From an uncultured Cardiobacteriales bacterium (GTDB lineage: Bacteria > Pseudomonadota > Gammaproteobacteria > CAYWWW01), in the NCBI GenBank assembly GCA_964462205.1, contig CAYWWW010000006.1:52717-116716 (forward strand): 64,000 bases of DNA, written 5' to 3'. Under the pieces are notes generated by a model. That model was given only the letters and a program-made list of their open reading frames with translations, was not told the DNA's origin and did no database searches. Position 1 is the stretch's first letter. Each line of letters opens with the position of its first letter. Made by a program: the position numbers and the translations under genes. Of this stretch, positions 55,657-64,000 are shown one piece after another.

Positions 55657-55722
55657 TTTTTTCATATTTTTCTGCATTTCACGTGCGTTTCTCTCAAATA
55701 ACATTTCACCATACAGAATTTT

Positions 55723-56469
55723 ATGAACAAAGATCAAGATGTTGATTTTGGCTATCAAAAAGTAAGCGCTGCTGAGAAAACCGAAAAAGTCCAAAGCGTC
55801 TTTCGCTCGGTTGCTCCCCGCTATGATTTAATGAACGATGTTATGTCTTTGGGGCTGCATCATCTGTGGAAAGATTTTGCGATAGATCGCCTATTATTAC
55901 GACCGGGGCTGCGGGTCTTGGATTTAGCAGCAGGCACTGGTGATTTAACTTGGCGTTTGGCCAAAAAACTCGGCAAGGAAAGCCAAATTATCGCCGCCGA
56001 TCTCAATGCCGAAATGCTGACTTTAGGGCGGGAACGGCTTTTCGATCAAGGTCATATTAAAACCAACTGGCTTTTGGCCAATGCCGAAGCACTGCCTTTG
56101 GCGGACAATAGCTTAGATCGTGCCATCATGGCCTTTGGTCTGCGTAATGTCACTGACAAAGCCCAAGCCTTGAGTGAACTTTATCGGGTGTTGACCCCAG
56201 GCGGCATCTTGGTGGTGTTGGAATTTTCGCATTTGCTCTTACCGTGGTTGCAGCCGGTTTATGATCTGTATTCCTTCCAAGTATTGCCGCGTCTGGGACA
56301 ACTATTGGCTAACGATTCACAAAGTTATCAATATCTTGCCGAATCCATCCGCCAGCATCCCAATCAAGAAAGTCTCAAAACTTTGCTTGAAATCGTCGGT
56401 TTTGAACAAGTCGAAGTATTTAATCTTAATGCTGGACTGGTGGCAGTCCATCGGGGCTATAAGCTATGA
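55723..56469 (+). CDS. ubiE: Ubiquinone/menaquinone C-methyltransferase UbiE
   Basis: FRSVAPRYDLMNDVMSLGLHHLWK and LDLAAGTGD are UbiE signatures. Confidence 0.95.
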   Translation: MNKDQDVDFGYQKVSAAEKTEKVQSVFRSVAPRYDLMNDVMSLGLHHLWKDFAIDRLLLRPGLRVLDLAAGTGDLTWRLAKKLGKESQIIAADLNAEMLTLGRERLFDQGHIKTNWLLANAEALPLADNSLDRAIMAFGLRNVTDKAQALSELYRVLTPGGILVVLEFSHLLLPWLQPVYDLYSFQVLPRLGQLLANDSQSYQYLAESIRQHPNQESLKTLLEIVGFEQVEVFNLNAGLVAVHRGYKL

Positions 56470-56993
56470 AAAATCTTAAAAATTTATTAAGCAAAAATAG
56501 ATCGAGTGCAACTGCCAAAAACACGCTTAGCGAAAAGGACTGGCGACGTTTGACCGAACAACCTTTTGGCACGCCGCGTTTAAGCCATCAACAGCCGGAA
56601 CTAGCCAACTTCAATCAACGGCTTGGCGCGTTATTCCTAGACGCTTGGCTAATCATTTTCCTCACGCTATGGCTTTGGTTGTTTTTTGGTGGTCAGTGGT
56701 GGTTTGCGCTGGCACTAGGGTTATTGTTGCCGTTGTTAAGCTGGCCGATTTTTAGCGCCACCCCTGGCCAATGGCTTATCGGCATTATGGTGCTTCAAGA
56801 AAAAACGTTGGCCAAAATTTCTTTTCAGCAAGCGGTGTTACGACTGATTGCCGGACTTTTTACCTTAGGCAGCGCTGGTATGTTGCGGCTGTGGCACGAT
56901 GCGCAAGACCGCGATATTGAGGCGCGGTTGAGCCATAGTCTGGTGGTGGTGGACAGCCTACGGCTTCTGGCGAAACGACGAGAAAGCCCATGA
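56466..56993 (+). CDS. RDD-family-like membrane protein inserted between ubiE and ubiJ
   Basis: 175 aa. Hydrophobic helices. GQWLIGIMVLQEK and RLWHDAQDRDIEARL resemble RDD-family conserved positions. 4-nt overlaps at both ends. Confidence 0.4.
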   Translation: MKNLKNLLSKNRSSATAKNTLSEKDWRRLTEQPFGTPRLSHQQPELANFNQRLGALFLDAWLIIFLTLWLWLFFGGQWWFALALGLLLPLLSWPIFSATPGQWLIGIMVLQEKTLAKISFQQAVLRLIAGLFTLGSAGMLRLWHDAQDRDIEARLSHSLVVVDSLRLLAKRRESP

Positions 56994-57649
56994 ATAATAA
57001 AAATTTTAATGCTTCATGGTGGCTTTGGCCTGGACAACAATTGCTCAATCAAGCGCTGCGCCTAGACCCAGGTTTTGGTGAACGCGCTAAAAATCTCGAA
57101 GGTAGTCATTTTTTACTTAATATTCAAGGTATTGGTAGTTTTTTATTGACCATTGACCAGGCGCAACTCAAGCTCTCAAACGCTAGGCCAAGCACGCCTG
57201 CTGAAGTGACGCTCACCGCCGCACCCTTCACTTTATGGCGGCTATTCCAGGGCGAAACGGCGCTTTTGGCTGACTGCGATTTACAAGGTGACAGTCGGCT
57301 GCTGGCACGCTGGCAGCGCTTGTTTCAAGACAGCACTGTGGACTGGGGAGAATATCTGTCGCGCTTTCTTGGCCTACCCTTGGCCAATTTTTTGGAAGCC
57401 AGTGCCGCAGCGCAAAGGCACTATTGGCAAGAGCGACAACAACGCCTGCACGAACAACTGCATGATTATCTTTGTTACGAGGGAAAAATTTTGGCCAATC
57501 CACAAGATATTCGCTTACTTCTCAATGCTATAGATGATCTGCGTAATGACCTGGCGCGTCTGGAACAACGCTTCACCCAACTCGAAAAAATCAAGGCAGC
57601 AGGCGACACCGCTGCCGGCGACACATCCGCTGGAGGCAATCATGCCTAG
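56990..57649 (+). CDS. ubiJ: Ubiquinone biosynthesis accessory factor UbiJ (SCP2 domain)
   Basis: SCP2-like N-terminal region and C-terminal coiled coil ([19 protein letters not shown]) align with E. coli YigP/UbiJ. Position between ubiE and ubiB. Confidence 0.7.
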   Translation: MNNKNFNASWWLWPGQQLLNQALRLDPGFGERAKNLEGSHFLLNIQGIGSFLLTIDQAQLKLSNARPSTPAEVTLTAAPFTLWRLFQGETALLADCDLQGDSRLLARWQRLFQDSTVDWGEYLSRFLGLPLANFLEASAAAQRHYWQERQQRLHEQLHDYLCYEGKILANPQDIRLLLNAIDDLRNDLARLEQRFTQLEKIKAAGDTAAGDTSAGGNHA

Positions 57650-59261
57650 TTTGCGCTTATTGTTGATTTTTTGGGTAGCAATGCGACATGGTTTGGATGA
57701 TTTATTGTTTAGTTTGCGTCCCTTGCGACCGTTTCGTCCGATTATCAGGCTCTGGCGTTGGCGCAAACCACCCACGACATCGCGTGGCGAGCGGCTACGT
57801 CTGACTTTAGAAGATTTGGGGCCGGTTTTTGTCAAACTCGGTCAGATGCTCTCCACCCGCCGCGATCTCTTGCCGGAAGACATTGCCAATGAATTAACAC
57901 GCTTACAGGATCAAGTGCCGCCTTTTCCCAGTGACATCGCCGTGGAAATCATTGAAAAAGCCTTTGGCGCCCCCTTGATGAAGATTTTTCAGGAATTTGA
58001 GCCGCTGCCCTTGGCTTCGGCCTCGATAGCTCAGGTGCATACGGCGCGGCTGCATGACGGTCGCAGCGTGGTGGTCAAAGTGGTGCGTCCCGGCATTGAA
58101 AAAATCATTCGCCGCGACATCGCGCTGATGTATGCCATTGCCGATTTTTTACAGGCGACCTGGCCGGAAGCACGCCGCTTACGGCTACGCGAAGTCGTTG
58201 CTGAATACGAAGTGACGATTTTAGATGAACTGGATTTAATTCAAGAAGCCGCCAATGCTTCGCAAATTCGTCGGAATTTTCTGCACAGTCCCCATCTCTA
58301 TATCCCAGATATCTATTGGGATTACTGTCGGCAACAAGTGATGGTGATGGAGCGGATTTATGGCATTTCCTTAAACAATATCCAAGCAATGCGCGACCTT
58401 GGCGTGGACTTAAAAAAATTATCGCATCGCGGTGTCGAAATTTTCTTCACCCAGGTGTTTCGGCATAATTTTTTTCATGCCGACATGCACCCGGGCAATC
58501 TCTTTGTTTCTTATGAACACCCCAAAGACCCACAGTATATCGCCGTGGACTTTGGCATTGTCGGCACACTTTCTCCCGATGATCAACGCTATCTTGCGGA
58601 AAACTTTGTGGCTTTTTTTAACCGCGACTATCGCCGCGTCGCCGAACTGCATATAGATTCCGGCTGGGTGCCGCCTTCCACGCGCATGGATCAACTGGAA
58701 ACGGCCATTCGCACCGTCTGTGAGCCAATTTTTCAAAGGCCAATCAAAGAGATCTACTTCGGACATTTGCTTTTACGCTTATTTCAGATCGCCCGCCGTT
58801 TCGACATGCAGGTGCAACCGCAACTGGTGCTTTTACAAAAAACCTTGTTAAATATCGAGGGCTTAGGCCGACAATTAGACCCAGACTTGGATTTATGGCA
58901 GACCGCCAAACCCTTTTTGGAACGCTGGATGAGTGAACGCATGGGGCCTCGCGCTATTTTCAATGGCTTACGGCGAAATATCCCGTTTATTGCCGAAAAA
59001 GTGCCGGAATTGCCGATGCTGATGCACCAAGCCTTAAGTCAGATGGCGCGACAGGAAGAATACTTTGAACAACAGCGTGAGCGTTTAAGTGCTATTCAAA
59101 TCGCTTTGCAGCAGCAAAAACGTCAACAGAGTCAATTTTTCTTGTTTTTTATCATTGGCTTAATGCTTTTACTTTGGCTGTTATTATTACCACCTTTGCC
59201 GTGGTGGTCACTCCCTTTAGCCTTCACCCTCACTTGGTTTGGCCAACGATTGATCAAATAA
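57642..59261 (+). CDS. ubiB: Ubiquinone biosynthesis protein kinase-like UbiB
   Basis: [22 protein letters not shown]...[23 protein letters not shown] is the UbiB/ABC1 signature. Two C-terminal transmembrane helices. Confidence 0.9.
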   Translation: MPSLRLLLIFWVAMRHGLDDLLFSLRPLRPFRPIIRLWRWRKPPTTSRGERLRLTLEDLGPVFVKLGQMLSTRRDLLPEDIANELTRLQDQVPPFPSDIAVEIIEKAFGAPLMKIFQEFEPLPLASASIAQVHTARLHDGRSVVVKVVRPGIEKIIRRDIALMYAIADFLQATWPEARRLRLREVVAEYEVTILDELDLIQEAANASQIRRNFLHSPHLYIPDIYWDYCRQQVMVMERIYGISLNNIQAMRDLGVDLKKLSHRGVEIFFTQVFRHNFFHADMHPGNLFVSYEHPKDPQYIAVDFGIVGTLSPDDQRYLAENFVAFFNRDYRRVAELHIDSGWVPPSTRMDQLETAIRTVCEPIFQRPIKEIYFGHLLLRLFQIARRFDMQVQPQLVLLQKTLLNIEGLGRQLDPDLDLWQTAKPFLERWMSERMGPRAIFNGLRRNIPFIAEKVPELPMLMHQALSQMARQEEYFEQQRERLSAIQIALQQQKRQQSQFFLFFIIGLMLLLWLLLLPPLPWWSLPLAFTLTWFGQRLIK

Positions 59262-59382
59262 TTTTTCTACACACTATCAGCAGTGAAATGGATTTTTTAC
59301 CAAAAGCACTTAACTTTTTTTCAATTTATACAAATATTTAATCAATTTCATAGTTAATCAATTTTAATGCTAATCAACTTTT

Positions 59383-61428
59383 ATGGCTGACCAGTTTTTG
59401 CATCTCAATCCCGAACAACAGCAAGCGGCGCAAAGTGCTGAGGCACAGATTTTGCTTTTGGCGGGTGCAGGTAGCGGCAAAACCCGCACGCTGACTGCGC
59501 GCTTTTTGCATTGGCAACAACAAGATGCAAAACCTTGGCAGTTTTTAATTTTAACCTTTACCAACAAAGCGGCGCTGGAATTGCGCCAACGCTTACGCAA
59601 CGTCTTGGGCGATGCCTATCCTTGGTCGCAACTCTGGCTCGGGACTTTTCACAGTTTGGCCTATCGGTTGTTGCGTCAGCATTATTTAATCGCGGGGTTA
59701 AGTGCAGATTTTCCCTTATTAGACGGCTATGGTCAACGGCAACTCTTAAAAAGAATTCTTAAAGAACAAAATCTTACATCTGATGATCTATTCAGCATCG
59801 GCAATGTCGTGCAAGGCATCCAGACGCAAAAAGAAGCATCAGAAACGCACTTGGCACTCTATCAAGACCGACGCTGGCCGGCGGTTTTTGCCGCCTATCA
59901 AGCGCAATGTCAGCAGCTTTGTGCTTTAGATTTCAGTGATTTACTCTTAAAAAGTCAGGAACTATTGGTTAAAAAGCAGCTTGGCGATTGGCCAAAACGT
60001 TTTCGCTATGTCTTGGTGGACGAATTTCAAGACACCAATCCCTTGCAATACCGTTTTTTGCAAGCGATAGCCCAGGAAAATATCTTTGTGGTTGGCGATG
60101 ATGATCAATCCATTTATGGTTTTCGCGGTGCGAAGCCATTGTTATTAAAAACTTTTTTGCAAGACTTTCCGCAAGCCAAACTCTATCGTTTAGAAGAAAA
60201 TTATCGTTCCAGTCCAGAAATTTTACACTTAGCCAATACACTGATTGCGCAAGCGACTGACCGCTTAGGGAAAACCTTGCATAGTCAACAACCTAGCGGT
60301 GAATTACCGCAACTTTTGGCCTTTCGCGACAGCGAAGCCGAAGCGCAAGGCATCGCACAAATTTTAACGCATTGGCAAAGCCAAGGTGTTGATTATCAAG
60401 ATATGGCCGTACTATATCGGCAACACCGGTTAGGCCAACACCTTGAACCGGCGCTATTGCGCTACAGCCTCCCTTATCAACTGGCCAGCGACACCGCTTT
60501 TTATCAACAACGCGACATCCAGATGGCGCTGGCCTATTTGCGGCTTTATCTCAACCGGGCAGATAACTTTGCTTTTCAAGAAATTATCAATGTACCATCG
60601 CGTGGTTTAGGGGAAAAAAGCCAAGCGAAAATTATTGCTTATGCGCAAAGCCACGGCATATCGCATTGGGATGCCGGCTTGGCATTATTAAAAACCGCCG
60701 CTTTACGCAAAAATCTAGCCGAAAAACTAGAGGCGTTTTATAAAATTTTTAATGAGTTAGCGCTTGATTTTCAAACCTTTCCCAAGTTATTACAACAGAG
60801 CGGCCTTTTTGCGGCTAACAAAGAAAAACAAAGCAGCCTGGGACAATTACTGCGCCTTTATCAAAATTTTTGGCAAGACGCTTTAGCCGACGAAAATTTA
60901 CACCAGGATCATGCGCGGTTAAGCGCCTTTCTTGCACATACTGCTTTGTTTTCCAATGAAAATAGTTCAGGTCAAGGCATTACCCTAGCAAGTATTCATG
61001 GGGTAAAGGGATTGGAATTTACGGCGGTGATTATCGTTGGTTTAGAAGAAGGTCAACTGCCGCATTATCGCAGTGAAGAAGACCCGGCAGCTTTGGCCGA
61101 AGAACGGCGGTTATTGTATGTCGCAATTACCCGCGCTAAAAAGCAGTTAGTCTTAACTTTTTCTGAATATCGTCAAGGCTTTTATCAACAAAATATCAGC
61201 ATACCTTCACGTTTTTTATTGGGTCTGGAAAAATGCTTACGCTTACCGACGCGCTGGCAACCAGCTTTCGCCAAAACCCTTGAGAGCACGATAAGCAAAG
61301 GCCGTTGGGTTGAGCACCCGCAATTTGGTTTTGGTGAGGTCGTGGATAGCCGGCCACCGAATCAAGTTTTGGTGGCGTTTAGCGATAAAACGCGTTGGTT
61401 ACGTTTGGAATTTGTTAAGCCGCGTTGA
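59383..61428 (+). CDS. UvrD/Rep-family ATP-dependent DNA helicase
   Basis: Motifs I AGAGSGKT, Ia TFTNKAA, II VDEFQDTN, III GDDDQSIYGFRGA, IV YRSS, and a C-terminal Tudor-like tail. Confidence 0.85.
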   Translation: MADQFLHLNPEQQQAAQSAEAQILLLAGAGSGKTRTLTARFLHWQQQDAKPWQFLILTFTNKAALELRQRLRNVLGDAYPWSQLWLGTFHSLAYRLLRQHYLIAGLSADFPLLDGYGQRQLLKRILKEQNLTSDDLFSIGNVVQGIQTQKEASETHLALYQDRRWPAVFAAYQAQCQQLCALDFSDLLLKSQELLVKKQLGDWPKRFRYVLVDEFQDTNPLQYRFLQAIAQENIFVVGDDDQSIYGFRGAKPLLLKTFLQDFPQAKLYRLEENYRSSPEILHLANTLIAQATDRLGKTLHSQQPSGELPQLLAFRDSEAEAQGIAQILTHWQSQGVDYQDMAVLYRQHRLGQHLEPALLRYSLPYQLASDTAFYQQRDIQMALAYLRLYLNRADNFAFQEIINVPSRGLGEKSQAKIIAYAQSHGISHWDAGLALLKTAALRKNLAEKLEAFYKIFNELALDFQTFPKLLQQSGLFAANKEKQSSLGQLLRLYQNFWQDALADENLHQDHARLSAFLAHTALFSNENSSGQGITLASIHGVKGLEFTAVIIVGLEEGQLPHYRSEEDPAALAEERRLLYVAITRAKKQLVLTFSEYRQGFYQQNISIPSRFLLGLEKCLRLPTRWQPAFAKTLESTISKGRWVEHPQFGFGEVVDSRPPNQVLVAFSDKTRWLRLEFVKPR

Positions 61429-61449
61429 TAATTGTTGGTAGCGCTGGTT

Positions 61450-61794
61450 TTAATTTTTACCCAACAACCACACGGGGCGTTTCAAGGGTAAAATTACCGC
61501 CAAAAAAATCAAAAAACCAAAAGTTATCAATAAAATCGGCCATTCATAACGCAGGGGCAAATAGTCTAATTGCCGCAACACTGAAAACCCCGAACCTAAG
61601 AAAAAAAAGCCACTCAGCACCCAGGTGACACGATCTAAACCCAATAAAATCAAAATTAAAAATCCTGAGGCGAGCAGACCTAAAGTCCATAGCCAGTGAA
61701 TTTGTGGAAAAAGCGCCAATTCATCCAATAACCAAGCCAAACCTAACAGCATGATAACTAAAGCTATCGCTAACCAAGTTCTCTGTGCAGACAT
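61450..61794 (-). CDS. Small hypothetical membrane protein (114 aa)
   Basis: Three or four hydrophobic helices. No recognisable motif. Confidence 0.4.
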   Translation of the reverse strand: MSAQRTWLAIALVIMLLGLAWLLDELALFPQIHWLWTLGLLASGFLILILLGLDRVTWVLSGFFFLGSGFSVLRQLDYLPLRYEWPILLITFGFLIFLAVILPLKRPVWLLGKN

Positions 61795-61898
61795 AAATCA
61801 TTCCCCAAGCGGTTTTAGGTGTGGTGACCAACAAGGATAAAAAAATTCCGGTTGTTACCGGAATTATTAAATCAAAAAATCTTAACTTTTATTATTTT

Positions 61899-62732
61899 TT
61901 ACAATGGCTTACGGCTGTCGTGCTCTTGGACTGTTGGTTCAATGCGCAGATTCCGTCCATAAAAAATTTCCATCATTTCCCGCCGCAAGCTGTCTTCTAT
62001 CGCCAACTGTTCTTCAGGACTTAAAGCGCTTTTGCCAACGCCAAAAAGATAATTGTCAATATCGAAGGATTTCAAGAGCATCTTGGTGTGAAAAATGCTG
62101 TCCTGATAAACATTGACATCAATCATCTGATACATGGCCTTGGTTTCTGGCGCGATATAGTTTTGAATGGAATGAATCGTGTGATCAATAAAATGCTTTT
62201 TGCCTTGAATATCTCGGGTAAAACCGCGCACCCGATAATCAATGGTGACAATATCGGACTCTAAGCTATGAATCAGATAATTCAAGGCTTTTAACGGTGA
62301 AATCCGGCCACAGGTGGACACGTCAATATCGGCGCGAAAGGTGCTGATACCATTATGCGGATGACTTTCTGGGTAGGTATGCACGGTAATATGGCTTTTA
62401 TTCAAATGTGCCACCACGCTTTCCGGCAAAGGCCCGGGGGACTCGCTATTGGATAAGTCCAAAGAGGCTACCGGTTCCTCAGAAATCAACATAGTAACGC
62501 TTGCGCCCTGCGGGTCATAATCCTGGCGAGCAATGTTTAAGATATTGGCACCAATGATATTGCTGACCTCGCTTAAAATTTGCGTCAATCGTTCGGCATT
62601 GTATCTTTCGTCAATGTATTCAATGTATTCCTGCATGTGCCTAGCGCTTTTGGCATAACAGATATCGTAGATACAAAAACTCAAACTTTTGCTCAAATTA
62701 TTGAAGCCATGCAAAGAAATCGGCTCCTCCAT
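61899..62732 (-). CDS. speD: S-adenosylmethionine decarboxylase proenzyme
   Basis: [34 protein letters not shown] and LNYLIH are near-identical to E. coli SpeD motifs. Confidence 0.95.
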   Translation of the reverse strand: MEEPISLHGFNNLSKSLSFCIYDICYAKSARHMQEYIEYIDERYNAERLTQILSEVSNIIGANILNIARQDYDPQGASVTMLISEEPVASLDLSNSESPGPLPESVVAHLNKSHITVHTYPESHPHNGISTFRADIDVSTCGRISPLKALNYLIHSLESDIVTIDYRVRGFTRDIQGKKHFIDHTIHSIQNYIAPETKAMYQMIDVNVYQDSIFHTKMLLKSFDIDNYLFGVGKSALSPEEQLAIEDSLRREMMEIFYGRNLRIEPTVQEHDSRKPL

Positions 62733-62898
62733 CCTCTCGCCCTCCCAAAATGCTTTTTAGGCAGAAAATATAAAAAAATACTGAAAAATCAAATTACTGG
62801 CAAAACCGCTTTTTCGTGTTGTCGCGCATTATAAAGAGGGCTTGCCAAAAATAAAGTCTTGCCGAGTAGCCTTCGGCAATTGTGTACTTGATAGCCAA

Positions 62899-63324
62899 TT
62901 ACGCACATGAGCGGATTTCGATGCTTTCGGTGATTTTTGCAGTTTGTTCAACAATATGCGACACCGAACAGTATTTTTCTCGGCTGAGTTTGACCGCCTG
63001 TTCGACTTTGGCGGCATCGAGATGCCCACCAACCAACACATAGGTCAGATGAATCTTGGTAAAAATTTTCGGATGGTCAGCGGCGCGTTCGGCCTGAATT
63101 TCCACAAAGGCTTCCTGAAAGTCTTGGCGCATTTTCTGCAAAATGGACACCACATCCATCATGGTGCAACCGCCCAAGGCCATCAGTAGCAATTCCATCG
63201 GTCGTGCGCCTTGATTTTCGCCGCCAAATTCTGGCGCGGCATCCAAAACCACCGGTTTTTGACTGTCGGCCACGGCTTCAAAACGCATTTTTTCAAGCCA
63301 ACGCACATTTGCCTGATAGGTCAT
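62899..63324 (-). CDS. OsmC/Ohr-family protein
   Basis: PMELLLMALGGCTMMDVVSILQKMRQ and CSVSHIV are OsmC-family signatures. Confidence 0.75.
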   Translation of the reverse strand: MTYQANVRWLEKMRFEAVADSQKPVVLDAAPEFGGENQGARPMELLLMALGGCTMMDVVSILQKMRQDFQEAFVEIQAERAADHPKIFTKIHLTYVLVGGHLDAAKVEQAVKLSREKYCSVSHIVEQTAKITESIEIRSCA

Positions 63325-63333
63325 TTTTTCCTC

Positions 63334-64000
63334 TTACTTTTCAAAAGTTAATAAATCTTTTAAGGCTTGACCTGGGTCGTCCGCCCGCAGCAACTGCTCA
63401 CCGATTAAAAAAGCAAAAACGCCTTTTTCATTCAATTTTTCAATGTCTTGCTTTGAAGAAATACCGCTTTCACTGATGACCAAAGCCGAAGCTGGCAGCA
63501 CGGTAAGCAAGTCCAAAGTGGTTGCCAAGTCGGTGTGAAAAGTCCGCAGATTGCGATTGTTAATGCCGACAAGTTCCGGTTCTAAAGGAATAATTCTTTG
63601 TAATTCTTCGAGATTATGCACTTCAAACAAGCTCGCCATACCTAAATCGGCGGCTAAAAGCGATAACTCGCGCAATTGTGCATCACCTAAAGCCGCAACA
63701 ATCAATAAGATGGCATCGGCACCCCACACCCGCGCCTCATAAACCTGATAGGCATCAAGCAGAAAATCTTTACGCAAAATCGGCAACCCACTGTGTTGAC
63801 GAACGTTTTGCAGATATTCCGGCGCCCCTTGAAAAAAATCGCGGTCGGTTAAAATGGAGAGTGCTGTCGCGCCTGCCGCCGCATAACGCGCCGCCAACCA
63901 CAACGGATCAAAATCAGCGCGTAACAAGCCTTTGCTGGGTGAGGCTTTTTTGATTTCGGCAATCACGGCATTGTGATGATTTTCCACACGATTAGTTAAG
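63334..64000 (-). CDS. trpC: Indole-3-glycerol phosphate synthase (C-terminal two-thirds; N-terminus beyond the window)
   Basis: VIAEIKKASPSKGLLR...ALSILTDRDFFQG...ILRKDFL are canonical TrpC motifs. The reading frame stays open to the window edge. Confidence 0.85.
   Translation of the reverse strand, partial: LTNRVENHHNAVIAEIKKASPSKGLLRADFDPLWLAARYAAAGATALSILTDRDFFQGAPEYLQNVRQHSGLPILRKDFLLDAYQVYEARVWGADAILLIVAALGDAQLRELSLLAADLGMASLFEVHNLEELQRIIPLEPELVGINNRNLRTFHTDLATTLDLLTVLPASALVISESGISSKQDIEKLNEKGVFAFLIGEQLLRADDPGQALKDLLTFEK

Noticed and set aside
57534-57641. Upstream extension of ubiB (start at 57534) overlapping ubiJ
   Set aside because: The UbiB family starts at MPSLRLL (ATG 57642), which gives a 4-nt-style coupling with the ubiJ stop. 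The same logic was applied to the yigA extension at 51763 and the hslV extension at 52457.

Overview
This 64 kb window reads as a Gammaproteobacteria-type chromosome at roughly 45-50% GC. Most of it is core metabolism and translation genes in familiar neighbourhoods: tkt-gap; the SAM cycle (metK-ahcY-metF); bioA plus bioH-bioC; phosphoketolase-acetate kinase; htpX, amiC, tsaE and folD; an EF-G paralog next to a flotillin gene; fbp and plsY; thrS-infC-rpmI-rplT-pheST-ihfA; lptM-(lysA-dapF)-yigA; hslVU; ubiE-ubiJ-ubiB; a UvrD-family helicase; speD; and trpC. There are five tRNA genes: Val, His, Arg and two Pro.

The strongest candidate for an undescribed system lies in the roughly 8.7 kb of co-directional uncharacterized genes between plsY and thrS (32798-41520). 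The last three genes there are a B-box zinc-finger membrane protein, a 379-aa membrane-anchored protein, and a 959-aa dynamin-like GTPase whose C-terminal region looks like a degenerate second P-loop domain. Upstream of these sit three envelope genes: an SH3b-like protein, a beta-barrel-like lipoprotein, and a large PKD-domain lipoprotein.

Other notable items:
- An AT-rich, codon-atypical island carrying a single-HKD PLD-family nuclease, sitting between a DUF971 gene and ubiE.
- An apparently fused LysA-DapF reading frame, with an unannotated 40-aa LptM-like lipoprotein gene just upstream.
- A sequence closely matching the SAH riboswitch in front of ahcY.
- Two tandem standalone CZB zinc-sensor paralogs, the second frameshifted in an A6 run.
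- A secreted protein built from (A/T)P(A/T)MP repeats.
- An RDD-family membrane gene wedged inside the ubiE-ubiJ-ubiB operon.
- A 17-nt motif that recurs upstream of several genes.

No CRISPR array, integrase or transposase was seen.
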